A DNA stretch of 64,000 nt from Microcystaceae cyanobacterium (GTDB taxonomy: Bacteria; Cyanobacteriota; Cyanobacteriia; Cyanobacteriales; Microcystaceae): assembly GCA_041746575.1 (NCBI GenBank), contig JBGTGT010000123.1:32001-96000 (forward strand), read 5' to 3'. The notes beneath the pieces were generated by a model. It was given only the letters and a program-made list of their open reading frames with translations. It ran no database searches and was not told where the DNA came from. The number at the start of each line of letters is the position of its first letter. Position 1 is the stretch's first letter. Of this stretch, positions 30,565-39,502 are shown in pieces. The position numbers and the translations under genes were made by a program.

Positions 30565-31476
30565 ATGACATCCATGAAATACAAAGGTTTTCGCATTGCA
30601 ACTCTAATGGCAGTCGGTTCAACCTTAGCCTTCGCAAGCCACGCCAATGCTACTACCCTGAAAGTCACCATTGAAAGTTTAGCCCCTGCCAATGGAGCAG
30701 TAGTGACTCCTCTTTGGTTTGGTTTGCATGATGGAAGTTTTGACTCCTTCGATAGTGGTAGTGCGGCTTCAACAGGTATTATGCACCTTGCAGAAGACGG
30801 AATTGTCGGTTTAGAAGGAACCGTTCCGGGCGTTGTGGATTATTTATTAGCCAATGGACTGAATCCTGCCGTCTTGCCTCCTCCTGATAATACTATTGCC
30901 GGAATTTTTGCCAATAGCGCGGCCGGAGCAAATGGTGGGGTTCAAGGGATCATCACAGACGTTCCCATTGGCATCGGCCCTGGCCAGACTTTTTCAAGTA
31001 AGATTCGCATTAATGACGCGACGCAAAATCGCTATTTTAGCTATGGTGCGATGTTTTTCCCCAGCAATGACGCATTTATTGCTAATGGTAACCCCTTGGC
31101 GTGGGAAATCTTCGATGGAAGCGGTAAATTTAAGGGGGCTGACTTTATTATCGGTCGCAATGATATTTGGGATGCCGGCACAGAAGTCAATACGGAAACA
31201 CCGGATGATGTCCCTTTTACCTTTGATCGGGTTATTTTTGGCACCGACGAAAACGGCGTCATTACTCCTCATGCGGGTTTTCTGCCTGCCGGAAGTGGCG
31301 GTGTCTTGGACTTCAACAATGGCCAATTTGCTAACGCTGACTTTACCAATAATCCAAACTATCAACTCGCCCGTATTACCGTTACTCAAGTACCTGAACC
31401 CTCTGCCATTCTTGGTTTATTCACCATCGCAGGATTAGGCCTATTAGGACGCCAGTTAAAAAAACATAAGGAGTAA
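30565..31476 (+). CDS. PEP-CTERM surface protein with Spondin_N-like domain
   Basis: Signal peptide; TPLWFGLHDG, LAEDG, PSNDAF, WDAGTEVN; C-terminal VPEP + TM + basic tail. Confidence 0.88.
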   Translation: MTSMKYKGFRIATLMAVGSTLAFASHANATTLKVTIESLAPANGAVVTPLWFGLHDGSFDSFDSGSAASTGIMHLAEDGIVGLEGTVPGVVDYLLANGLNPAVLPPPDNTIAGIFANSAAGANGGVQGIITDVPIGIGPGQTFSSKIRINDATQNRYFSYGAMFFPSNDAFIANGNPLAWEIFDGSGKFKGADFIIGRNDIWDAGTEVNTETPDDVPFTFDRVIFGTDENGVITPHAGFLPAGSGGVLDFNNGQFANADFTNNPNYQLARITVTQVPEPSAILGLFTIAGLGLLGRQLKKHKE

Positions 31477-31496
31477 TCCCCTTACTGCAAAGTCTA

Positions 31497-31578
31497 TGGG
31501 CAGAGCGAGACTCGAACTCGCAAGACCGAAGCCGCCGCATTTTGAGTGCGGTGCGTCTACCAATTTCGCCATCCGCCC
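31497..31578 (-). tRNA. trnL: tRNA-Leu(CAA)
   Basis: GGGCGGATGGCGAAATTGGTAGACGCACCGCACTCAAAATGCGGCGGCTTCGGTCTTGCGAGTTCGAGTCTCGCTCTGCCCA. Acceptor stem GGGCGGA/TCTGCCC, anticodon stem CCGCA/TGCGG with CAA, long variable arm, GTTCGA T-loop; CCA not encoded. Confidence 0.96.
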
Positions 31579-32432
31579 GAAGGGTCAGCTTTTTGATTAT
31601 AGTCCTTTTGGCAATGCTTAAGCAAGTGATCGTATTCAGGAGAGCTTGCCCAGCGATCAATTTCTCTTGCCCGTAAAACAGGAACAGGATGGCTCAGTTG
31701 TTCGGTATGCGCCGTTTTTAGCATTTCTCCTAATTGAGTCTCGCTAATCGCATCATAATCTCTCGCTTGCTCGATGAAAGCTCCTAAGTTTAACTGAGGC
31801 GCAAGGGTAGGAGAGCCTCCTGTTAATTTCATCAAGACCGACATCACCACTTTAGGATCTTGCATTGCTAACAAAGCAGCGCGATCGCAACTGAATTCCG
31901 CACAGCGTACCCATTCTAACATCTGTTGTTGTAACGATTGAGCAATCACCGTTCCCCAATTGGGCAATAATTGAGCCGCTAAGACAATGAGATTGGCTAA
32001 GGTTAAATAAACTCCATGTTCACACTTCAAATGACCTAATTCATGGGCAATGACTGCCTGAATCTCTTCTGGGGTTAACATTTCCACCAAAGAGGTATGA
32101 AGCACGATAAACGGCTGTTTTCCTTGCATCGCAAAGGTATAAGCGTTAGGGCTGGGGTTTTGCTTCAAATAGAGTTGCGGTGGCTCTAAATCTAAGACTT
32201 GACACGCTTCAATGAGCAACTTATGAATATGGGGAAGTTGTTTCTCGCTGATGCGCAAACTTGAAGCAATATTGTCTAAATAAAAAAACTGCTCACCAAT
32301 TGAACCTAAGACATTGCGAACCATCAAATCCAATCCGGGCAGTTGTTTCAGGTTGTTGGTGGCTTCTAAATCAAGGGGATGACGAAAATCATTCGCTTTG
32401 AGACCTAAAAGAAACGTTTTTGAAAATTGCAT
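31557..32432 (-). CDS. M48-family (HtpX-like) zinc metallopeptidase
   Basis: AVIAHELGH, NAYT, EFSCDR, SHP motifs. Likely ATG at 32432; the stop codon lies inside tRNA-Leu. Confidence 0.9.
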   Translation of the reverse strand: MQFSKTFLLGLKANDFRHPLDLEATNNLKQLPGLDLMVRNVLGSIGEQFFYLDNIASSLRISEKQLPHIHKLLIEACQVLDLEPPQLYLKQNPSPNAYTFAMQGKQPFIVLHTSLVEMLTPEEIQAVIAHELGHLKCEHGVYLTLANLIVLAAQLLPNWGTVIAQSLQQQMLEWVRCAEFSCDRAALLAMQDPKVVMSVLMKLTGGSPTLAPQLNLGAFIEQARDYDAISETQLGEMLKTAHTEQLSHPVPVLRAREIDRWASSPEYDHLLKHCQKDYNQKADPSGGWRNW

Positions 32433-32437
32433 GGTGT

Positions 32438-32860
32438 TTAGCTTTCTGTTAACCAATTTTTAACCCGTTGCATACTTTTCCAATCGGGTTTGCGACTTAA
32501 ACCGTCTTCAACATTTTCCAAGACAGAATCCCGAATTTCCGTATCAAAGGACATTAATTGTTGTACGGCTTCGATATGAGGACGAACCCCTTTTGTATCC
32601 GTTTCTAACATGGCTAATACTAAGTTAACCCGCGCCTGTGGTGAACTTTTATCCAGTTTTACACTTTTTTGAGCAAATTTGAGGGCTATTTTGGGTTTGT
32701 CTTCTAATAAGTATAACCAAGCTAAACAAGCCCATCCTGTCGCATTTTTGGGAGTGTGATCGCAAATATCTTGAAAAACGGGGATCAAGACGGTGGCATC
32801 TTCCCCTGCTTTGTAGCGTTCTAACGCTTGATCAAAAAGGTCAGTAACAACTTCGGTCAT
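32438..32860 (-). CDS. Small TPR protein (conserved in cyanobacteria)
   Basis: TPR-like helices (GWACLAWLYLL, PQARVNLVLAML). Confidence 0.75.
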   Translation of the reverse strand: MTEVVTDLFDQALERYKAGEDATVLIPVFQDICDHTPKNATGWACLAWLYLLEDKPKIALKFAQKSVKLDKSSPQARVNLVLAMLETDTKGVRPHIEAVQQLMSFDTEIRDSVLENVEDGLSRKPDWKSMQRVKNWLTES

Positions 32861-32932
32861 AGTAAAATCAACAAATTAACGAAATTTAGCAAGAGATAGA
32901 GGGCATTTCTCTACCTCTTTTAGCGTATCAAG

Positions 32933-33289
32933 TTAAACGCCAAAGGATTTTCCACAACCACAGGTTTGATTTGCGTTAGGATTGGTAAATTGAAAACCCC
33001 CTCCGATCAAAGCGTCGCTGTAGTCTAACATTAAACCGTAAAGGTACAAAAGACTTTTGCGATCGCAGATGATTTTAAATCCCTCATAGTCGAAAACGTC
33101 ATCATGCTCGGTAACATTATTAATATCATCAAAATCCATCATATAGGACATTCCAGAACAGCCCCCTTGACGGACACCTACCCGCAAGCAAAGATCCTTC
33201 CCTTGTTGCTCTCGGAGTTGCAGAAGATATCTTAAGGCTTTTTCTGAGAGTTGAATCCCTTTAGTGGGGGTTTGGGTTGTTTGGGTCAT
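32933..33289 (-). CDS. sufA: A-type Fe-S cluster assembly protein (SufA/IscA, Ycf57)
   Basis: GGCSGMSY and NPNANQTCGCGKSF; probable ATG at 33289. Confidence 0.92.
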   Translation of the reverse strand: MTQTTQTPTKGIQLSEKALRYLLQLREQQGKDLCLRVGVRQGGCSGMSYMMDFDDINNVTEHDDVFDYEGFKIICDRKSLLYLYGLMLDYSDALIGGGFQFTNPNANQTCGCGKSFGV

Positions 33290-33410
33290 AACACTCAATC
33301 ATCTCCTACAAGGTTAATGCTTCATCATTCTATGATAACTTGAGTTTAGGTTAAAGGCAGGAGAAAGGCTCAATCGGTAAACCCTTGTTTTTGATGATCA
33401 ACTATCAACT

Positions 33411-34070
33411 ATGAAAAGTCCCTTAGACGTGAGAAATGTTAGCTTTTTTTGGCAAGAAAATAGCCCCATTCTCCAATCTTGTTCCCTCACTGTTCCAATG
33501 GGTGAATTTTGGATGCTATTGGGTAAAAATGGCAGTGGCAAGTCCTCGCTCCTCAGACTACTTGCTGGATTATCGACCCCTCAATCCGGAGAAATTTATC
33601 TCAAAAAACCGTTAGGATTTGTCTTCCAAAATCCCGATCATCAATTGGTGATGCCAACAGTAGGCGCAGATGTGGCGTTTGGCTTGGTTGAAGAAAAATT
33701 AACCTATGAACAAGTCAAAATAAGAGTAAAAGAAGCTTTAAATGCCGTTAATTTAACTGAATTTGAACAAAGACCTATTTATGCCCTCAGTGGCGGTCAA
33801 AAACAACGCATTGCGATTGCAGGGGCGATCGCTCGTCAGTGTGAAGTTTTGTTGCTAGATGAACCGACTGCCTTATTGGATGCCGATACCCAACTGGAAT
33901 TAGTCATGCAAGTTCAGCAACTCGTCAAATCTCGTCAAATGACGGCTTTATGGGTAACTCACCGTCTAGATGAATTAGACTACTGTGACGGGGCATTTTT
34001 ACTGGAATCAGGGCGCATCGTCGCCCAAGGTGACCCCCAAGCGATTAAACAACGCTTACAATCTTCTTAG
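33411..34070 (+). CDS. ECF/CbiO-type ABC ATPase
   Basis: GKNGSGKS, VFQNPDHQ, LSGGQKQR, LLLDEPT, VTH. Confidence 0.9.
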   Translation: MKSPLDVRNVSFFWQENSPILQSCSLTVPMGEFWMLLGKNGSGKSSLLRLLAGLSTPQSGEIYLKKPLGFVFQNPDHQLVMPTVGADVAFGLVEEKLTYEQVKIRVKEALNAVNLTEFEQRPIYALSGGQKQRIAIAGAIARQCEVLLLDEPTALLDADTQLELVMQVQQLVKSRQMTALWVTHRLDELDYCDGAFLLESGRIVAQGDPQAIKQRLQSS

Positions 34071-34239
34071 TAGTCTCTAGAATTTCATAAGTAGTTTATC
34101 AACCGTCTCATCCTGTTACTAAAACCAATAACGATTGATTAACCTATGTTGCCTAAGATCGCTGCTTGCCTTTGGCCTTCGGCGTAGCGGTATAATAGTT
34201 GGGAATTGAAATGCAAAATGCCTTAATCTCGATAAATCT

Positions 34240-35832
34240 GTGTCCTACGCCATTGACTTTGGAACAAGTAATACCGTTATAACTCGATTAAATCGGGTAA
34301 CCAATCAAGCTGAAATCGTTAAATTGAGCCAATTAAGTCAACAGTTAGGGGAAAACCCTCCTTTAATTCCCAGTCTAGTCTATGTACAACAAGCCCAACA
34401 GGGCAAGGTTTTGCTGGGTCAACAAATTTGCGACCAAGGATTAGACTTAAAAAATGACCCCCGTTTTTTTCAAGGGTTTAAGCGGGGTATTGGCGCACCC
34501 ATTCAAGGTTTTTTACCCGAATTAGATGGTAAATCTCTTAGTTTTGAACAGGTAGGAGAATGGTTCTTACAAACCCTAATTGAACAACTTCGCCAAGATG
34601 CAGAAACCTTAGACTCGTTAATTCTAACCGTTCCAGTCGATAGTTTTGAGGTATATCGTCACTGGTTAGGTCAAATTTGTCAAAAATGGTCAGTTGAACA
34701 ACTTCGTCTTCTCGACGAACCCACTGCCGCCGCTTTGGGATATGAAGAAAACGATAGCAATATTCTATTAGTTATTGATTTTGGGGGAGGGACTATTGAT
34801 TTTTCTTTAGTAAAACTTGATTTAAATCAAAATGGTCAAACTCAAGGCTTTATTGTCAAATGGGGCGAGAAATTGTTTGGTTCAAATTCAGGACAAAAGC
34901 AGAAAACGGCACAGGTTTTAGGGAAAGTTGGCACAAATTTAGGCGGAAGTGATATCGATCATTGGTTAATTGATTATTTCACTGAAATTCAAGGATTAAC
35001 AAAATCTAGCTTAACGACTCGTTTAGCCGAACGGCTCAAAATTAAACTGTCTTCTCAAACGGAAGCAACAGAAGTTTATTTTGATGATCAAACTTTAGAG
35101 AGTTATGAATTAAATCTCAATCAAGAAAAATTTAATAAAATTCTGGAAAACAACGATTTTTTTGGTAAATTAGATGATCTAATGACCCAATTATTGCAAC
35201 AAGGACGACGCAATGGTATCGAGAGTCAGGAGATCGATAAAGTGTTATTAGTCGGTGGCAGTACCCAAATTCCTGCCGTCCAAACATGGATTAAACAATA
35301 CTTTAGCACAGAAAAAATTAAAAGTGAGCGTCCTTTTACGGCTATTGCCCTCGGTGCTTTAAAACTCGCTCAAGGTTTTGAATTAAAAGACTTTCTCTAC
35401 CATAGCTATGGAATTCGTTATTGGGATCGCCGCCAAAATGCCCATCAATGGCATACAATCATTAAAGCTGGGCAACCTTACCCCATGTCAACCCCCTTTG
35501 AATTGGTCATCGGCGCATCTATTGAGCATCAACCCAGCATTGAATTGATTATTGGTGAATTAGGCAGTCAAAGTAGTACAACAGAAGTTTATTTTGATGG
35601 CGATCGCCTTGTCACTCGTTCATTAAAGACGGGAGAGAGCAACGTTAAAGCCTTAAATGATCGAGAAGGTGCAAGAACCATTGCTAACCTGAAACCTTTG
35701 GGAAATCCGGGCAAGGATCGCTTAAAATTACAATTCTGGATCGATGAAGCTTGCTTTTTACGCTTAACCGTTGAAGATTTACTCACGCAAGAAACCCTGA
35801 TGCGTCAGCAAATTGTAACCCAATTAAGTTAA
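34240..35832 (+). CDS. Hsp70-family protein (non-DnaK, cyanobacterial type)
   Basis: AIDFGTSNT, DEPTAAALGY, IDFGGGT, LGGSDID, LVGGSTQIP. Confidence 0.9.
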   Translation: MSYAIDFGTSNTVITRLNRVTNQAEIVKLSQLSQQLGENPPLIPSLVYVQQAQQGKVLLGQQICDQGLDLKNDPRFFQGFKRGIGAPIQGFLPELDGKSLSFEQVGEWFLQTLIEQLRQDAETLDSLILTVPVDSFEVYRHWLGQICQKWSVEQLRLLDEPTAAALGYEENDSNILLVIDFGGGTIDFSLVKLDLNQNGQTQGFIVKWGEKLFGSNSGQKQKTAQVLGKVGTNLGGSDIDHWLIDYFTEIQGLTKSSLTTRLAERLKIKLSSQTEATEVYFDDQTLESYELNLNQEKFNKILENNDFFGKLDDLMTQLLQQGRRNGIESQEIDKVLLVGGSTQIPAVQTWIKQYFSTEKIKSERPFTAIALGALKLAQGFELKDFLYHSYGIRYWDRRQNAHQWHTIIKAGQPYPMSTPFELVIGASIEHQPSIELIIGELGSQSSTTEVYFDGDRLVTRSLKTGESNVKALNDREGARTIANLKPLGNPGKDRLKLQFWIDEACFLRLTVEDLLTQETLMRQQIVTQLS

Positions 35833-35989
35833 TATCAACTTGAATTAGGCTATCTATGTTTTAGGCAAAAAAACGGTTGTTCACAAATCTTAATCCTTAA
35901 TTTCCGTAATTTTCCCCTTTGATCTCCCCAGAAAATACTACACCCTTAGATCATGACCCAAAAAAGTTCAAAAACTACGGGGGGAAATA

Positions 35990-36178
35990 ATGATCAGTTT
36001 TACGTTTATCCGCGAACAGCGTCAAGAAAAAGGGTTATCCCAAGAACAATTGGCTACTCAAGCCAATCTTGATCCAGCCTATCTTTCTCGACTCGAACAA
36101 GACCGCCTCGTGTCTCAAGATCCTGATCCCACTGTGGGAATGTTACAGCGATTATACCATATTTTAAATGGTATTTAG
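35990..36178 (+). CDS. XRE-family helix-turn-helix protein, 62 aa
   Basis: IREQRQEKGLSQEQLA...AYLSRLE; GGGGGA RBS. Confidence 0.75.
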   Translation: MISFTFIREQRQEKGLSQEQLATQANLDPAYLSRLEQDRLVSQDPDPTVGMLQRLYHILNGI

Positions 36179-36375
36179 CCACGTTTATGCTTTAGTTAAT
36201 AAAATATTCATTTTAAATCCTTTGAACACCAGATTCCTTGTTAATCTCTTCTTTAATCAAAGACTAAAACGAGGGATAGATTCGGGTAAGGGACAGGTTA
36301 ATGGCAAAATTTTCCCATAGATTTAGAGAAGTATGCTAGTATCTGTGTTAAATTAACAAGACTTGTTGAAAACCG

Positions 36376-36873
36376 ATGAGCAAGGTTCTGGTGTTAAACG
36401 CATCCTACGAACCGCTTAACATCACCAGTTGGCGAAGGGCGGTTGTTTTGTTGCTAAAGGGAAAAGCAGAGCAACTCGAACACAACGGAAAAACGATCTA
36501 TACCAATTTTCCGCTTCCTTCTGTGATTCGACTCCGTCAGTATGTGCGAGTCCCCTATAAAGAAATCCCTTTAACTCGTCGCAATATTCTCGAGCGCGAT
36601 CGTCATACTTGTCAATACTGCAACTATCGAGGAGAACAATTAACCCTTGATCACGTGATTCCCCGCTCCCGTGGGGGAGGAGATACATGGGAAAATTTAG
36701 TTGCCGCCTGTGTGCGTTGTAATGTTCACAAAGGCAATCGTACCCCAAAAGAAGCAGAAATGACCCTGAGAACCCAACCCCGTCGTCCTTACAGTAGTCT
36801 TCATTTTGAAATTGTCAAACATACAAGAGGAAATCTCAATCAAGAATGGCGTAAATATGTCATTGGGATCTAA
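36376..36873 (+). CDS. HNH endonuclease
   Basis: VLVLNASYEPL, RD..CQYC, LTLDHVIPRSRGG, NLVAACVRCN. Confidence 0.92.
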   Translation: MSKVLVLNASYEPLNITSWRRAVVLLLKGKAEQLEHNGKTIYTNFPLPSVIRLRQYVRVPYKEIPLTRRNILERDRHTCQYCNYRGEQLTLDHVIPRSRGGGDTWENLVAACVRCNVHKGNRTPKEAEMTLRTQPRRPYSSLHFEIVKHTRGNLNQEWRKYVIGI

Positions 36874-36903
36874 ATCTAATAGTCGTTTTGCCTAAGCAGG
36901 CTC

Positions 36904-37683
36904 TTAGAAAAGGGGCAATAAAAATTGGAAAACGATGGATGCAACCCCCTGCATAAGATTCCCTAAATAGACGCCGCTTTTTCCTTCAGCCCTCGCTTGT
37001 TGGAGTGCTTCTATGTTTTTGATAAACGCTTGAGTGGTTTCCAAGCCGCTTTGATCGTTTTGTTCTTCAAATAAGCGAGAAGCCATCTCTGCATTTTGAA
37101 TAGCTCCTTGTTCGTTGCCTAAACGAAAGAATACTAATCCTTTCGCTAAATAAGCGGGTGCATAGTCTGGCTCAAGGAGGAGAGCTTTATTATACTTCTC
37201 TAACGCCGCCTGATAATTCCCTTTTTGGGTTTCCAATAATCCCCAATTGTAGAAAAGTTTAGGGGTTCCTGCCGTTTGGGGAATGCCGACAACTCCTTGC
37301 ATATAAGCTTGATCAAAGCTAGTATCGGTTGCGACTATATTATACAAATATGCGCCTCTTAAGTCTGTTCCGATGAGCATTGCGCCCGTTAGATTTGCCC
37401 CCGTCAAGTTTGCCCCATGTAGGGAAGCCCCACTCAAGTTTGCCCCCTTTAAGTTTGCTCCCGTCAAATTGGCTTGACTGAGATTTGCCCCAACAAGATT
37501 TGCGCCTTCTAGATTAGCCCCTGCTAAATTGACGGTAACGAGGCCAACCCCATCGAGATCACAGTATTGACACTGCTTCGTTGATAGTAATTGGTTTAAA
37601 TGCTCAAGATTTTCCGATAATACAGGGTGATAAGCCGTAAAAATCGATAAAAGCGTTGTCGTTGCCATTAAAATTCTTTTCAT
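36904..37683 (-). CDS. Pentapeptide-repeat protein with TPR
   Basis: Signal peptide, CQYCDL, (G)ANL(x) repeats, TPR helices. Start may extend to 37710. Confidence 0.88.
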   Translation of the reverse strand: MKRILMATTTLLSIFTAYHPVLSENLEHLNQLLSTKQCQYCDLDGVGLVTVNLAGANLEGANLVGANLSQANLTGANLKGANLSGASLHGANLTGANLTGAMLIGTDLRGAYLYNIVATDTSFDQAYMQGVVGIPQTAGTPKLFYNWGLLETQKGNYQAALEKYNKALLLEPDYAPAYLAKGLVFFRLGNEQGAIQNAEMASRLFEEQNDQSGLETTQAFIKNIEALQQARAEGKSGVYLGNLMQGVASIVFQFLLPLF

Positions 37684-37783
37684 GCGTCCTTCACTCCCGA
37701 TTAACACCATACCTAAAGATTAACCCATCCTTCGTTAAAGATGCTTTTATAATAGTGGAGCTTACATCAATCTTGACTCAATC

Positions 37784-38644
37784 ATGAAACTGGGAAGCCC
37801 ACAGCATAAAGTTCTTTTTTGTCGTCAATTTATTGACTCCCATTTGAGTTACGAACCCGAAAAATTGCCTTGGCCGGACTTAGATGAAGTTTCTTTAGGG
37901 AGATTACGAAGTATTCCCTTTTGGCGACAGGCTTTAATTACAGAAAAAGAGGCTGGCGTCATGGTGAGTCGTTTTGCGGAAACGATTGAAGATCCTTTAA
38001 TTCGAGAAGCGATCGCTTTACAAGGGCAAGAAGAAGAACGTCATGGGCGTTTAATTAACTTTTTAATTAATTATTATCATATTGAAATTAAAGAGCCTGA
38101 ACCTCAAGTTTTTGCCGAAGTTGAAACGGCGTTTATTGAGTTTGGTTTTGAGGAATGTTTAGATTCCTTTTTTGCATTTGGGATGTATGGTATTGCTCAT
38201 CAAGCGCAATATATGCCCGCATCTTTGTTTGCTATTTTTGACCCCATTTTAGATGAAGAAGCGCGTCACATTGTCTTTTTTGTTAATTGGATAACCTACC
38301 GTTTAATTCAAGAAGGTAAGGGGTTTGAGGCTTATCGAAGTCTTTATACTTTTTGGCACTATAGCAAAGCGTTATGGAAATTAGTAGAAGTGTTTGGCAG
38401 CAATAATTCATCGGAAGAAGAGGCAGAATTAGCTTTTACTGCCGTGGGGGCAAGTGGCTTTATGGATAATTTAACGCCCGAATTATTTTTTCAGACCTGT
38501 TTGGCAGAAAATCAGAAGCGAATGAGCAAATTTGAGCGGAGATTATTACAACCGATGTTGTTGCCTCGTTTATCTCAATTGTCATTGCAAGTGCTGAAGT
38601 TGTTTCCGAAACAGCAACCGAAAACTTCAATTCAGCAATTTTAA
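37784..38644 (+). CDS. Ferritin-like di-iron domain protein
   Basis: Two ExxH motifs (EEERH, EEARH); ECLDSFFAFG. Confidence 0.75.
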   Translation: MKLGSPQHKVLFCRQFIDSHLSYEPEKLPWPDLDEVSLGRLRSIPFWRQALITEKEAGVMVSRFAETIEDPLIREAIALQGQEEERHGRLINFLINYYHIEIKEPEPQVFAEVETAFIEFGFEECLDSFFAFGMYGIAHQAQYMPASLFAIFDPILDEEARHIVFFVNWITYRLIQEGKGFEAYRSLYTFWHYSKALWKLVEVFGSNNSSEEEAELAFTAVGASGFMDNLTPELFFQTCLAENQKRMSKFERRLLQPMLLPRLSQLSLQVLKLFPKQQPKTSIQQF

Positions 38645-38678
38645 AGTCGTTTATCACACCATATATAGGAAACTTTTT

Positions 38679-39469
38679 ATGAAAACAACTAAACAATTCG
38701 TCAAAAAAATTCCGATTATCGGCAACTTGCTGGTGCCATTTTATAAAAAGTTTTGGAGTCCAAAAAAGTTTTCGGTAGCCTACTGGATAGAAAAGCTCAC
38801 TAAAAATAGAAATCTCAAGATAGTTCAAGTCGGCTCGAACGATGGCAAAACGACTGATCCTCTGTTTACTTCAATTAATAAAAATTTAAGCTGGGAAGTT
38901 CTTTTCGTTGAACCCGTTTCTTATCTATTTGAAAAGCTGAAGACGAACTATTCAGAAGAACCAAGGTTTAAGTTTGAAAATACACTGATCAATGATGGGT
39001 CACCCCAAACTTTTTATTGGGTAAGAGAAGAAGCGATTGAACGTTTTCCCAATTTACCAACTTGTATAATCAGCTAGGATCTTTTGATAAAAAGCATATC
39101 TTAAAACATCTCAAAAATTTTGTTAATCTTGAAAAACTCTCTCCCTTTATTGTTGAAGAAACAATTCAAGGAATGACCCTATCTGAGCTTTTTCAAAAGC
39201 ATAAAATTGAGCAATTAGATATTTTTCATGTCGATACAGAAGGGGCTGATTGGGAAATTTTATCTCAATTAGATTTAGCCAAGTATACTCCTTTGATTAT
39301 CCTTTTTGAGCATCGACATTTGCAAAGTTTTGAAAAAGAATCTGCAATCAATTTCTTAAAAAATAGTTATCACCTATTTCAAATTTCGGGTGATTTTTTA
39401 TGTATCAGAAAACAAAATAACAATTTATCAATTCAGGATCTTATTAGCTTACGAATTTCAGAGCATTAA
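38679..39469 (+). pseudogene. FkbM-family methyltransferase, split by a 1-nt frameshift near 39064
   Basis: VQVGSNDG and FVEPV lie in ORF 38679-39077; HVDTEGADWEIL and FEH lie in ORF 39062-39469. Confidence 0.8.
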
Positions 39470-39502
39470 TTATCTTAAACTAACTCCATTTCAGGGTTTC
39501 TC

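Noticed and set aside
26480..31500. tRNA-Leu-anchored genomic island carrying the aroF-lyase-PAD operon
   Set aside because: No integrase and no convincing duplicate of the tRNA 3' end (only a weak AAGCGAG near 26490). aroF carries two HIP1 sites, suggesting long residence.
36376..36873. HNH gene as a homing or defence nuclease
   Set aside because: Matches the widespread conserved VLVLNASYEPL-type cyanobacterial HNH protein; no intron, methylase or mobile context.
37340..37540. 15-bp periodic repeats resembling an array
   Set aside because: Explained by pentapeptide-repeat coding; no CRISPR repeat-spacer structure was seen in the window.
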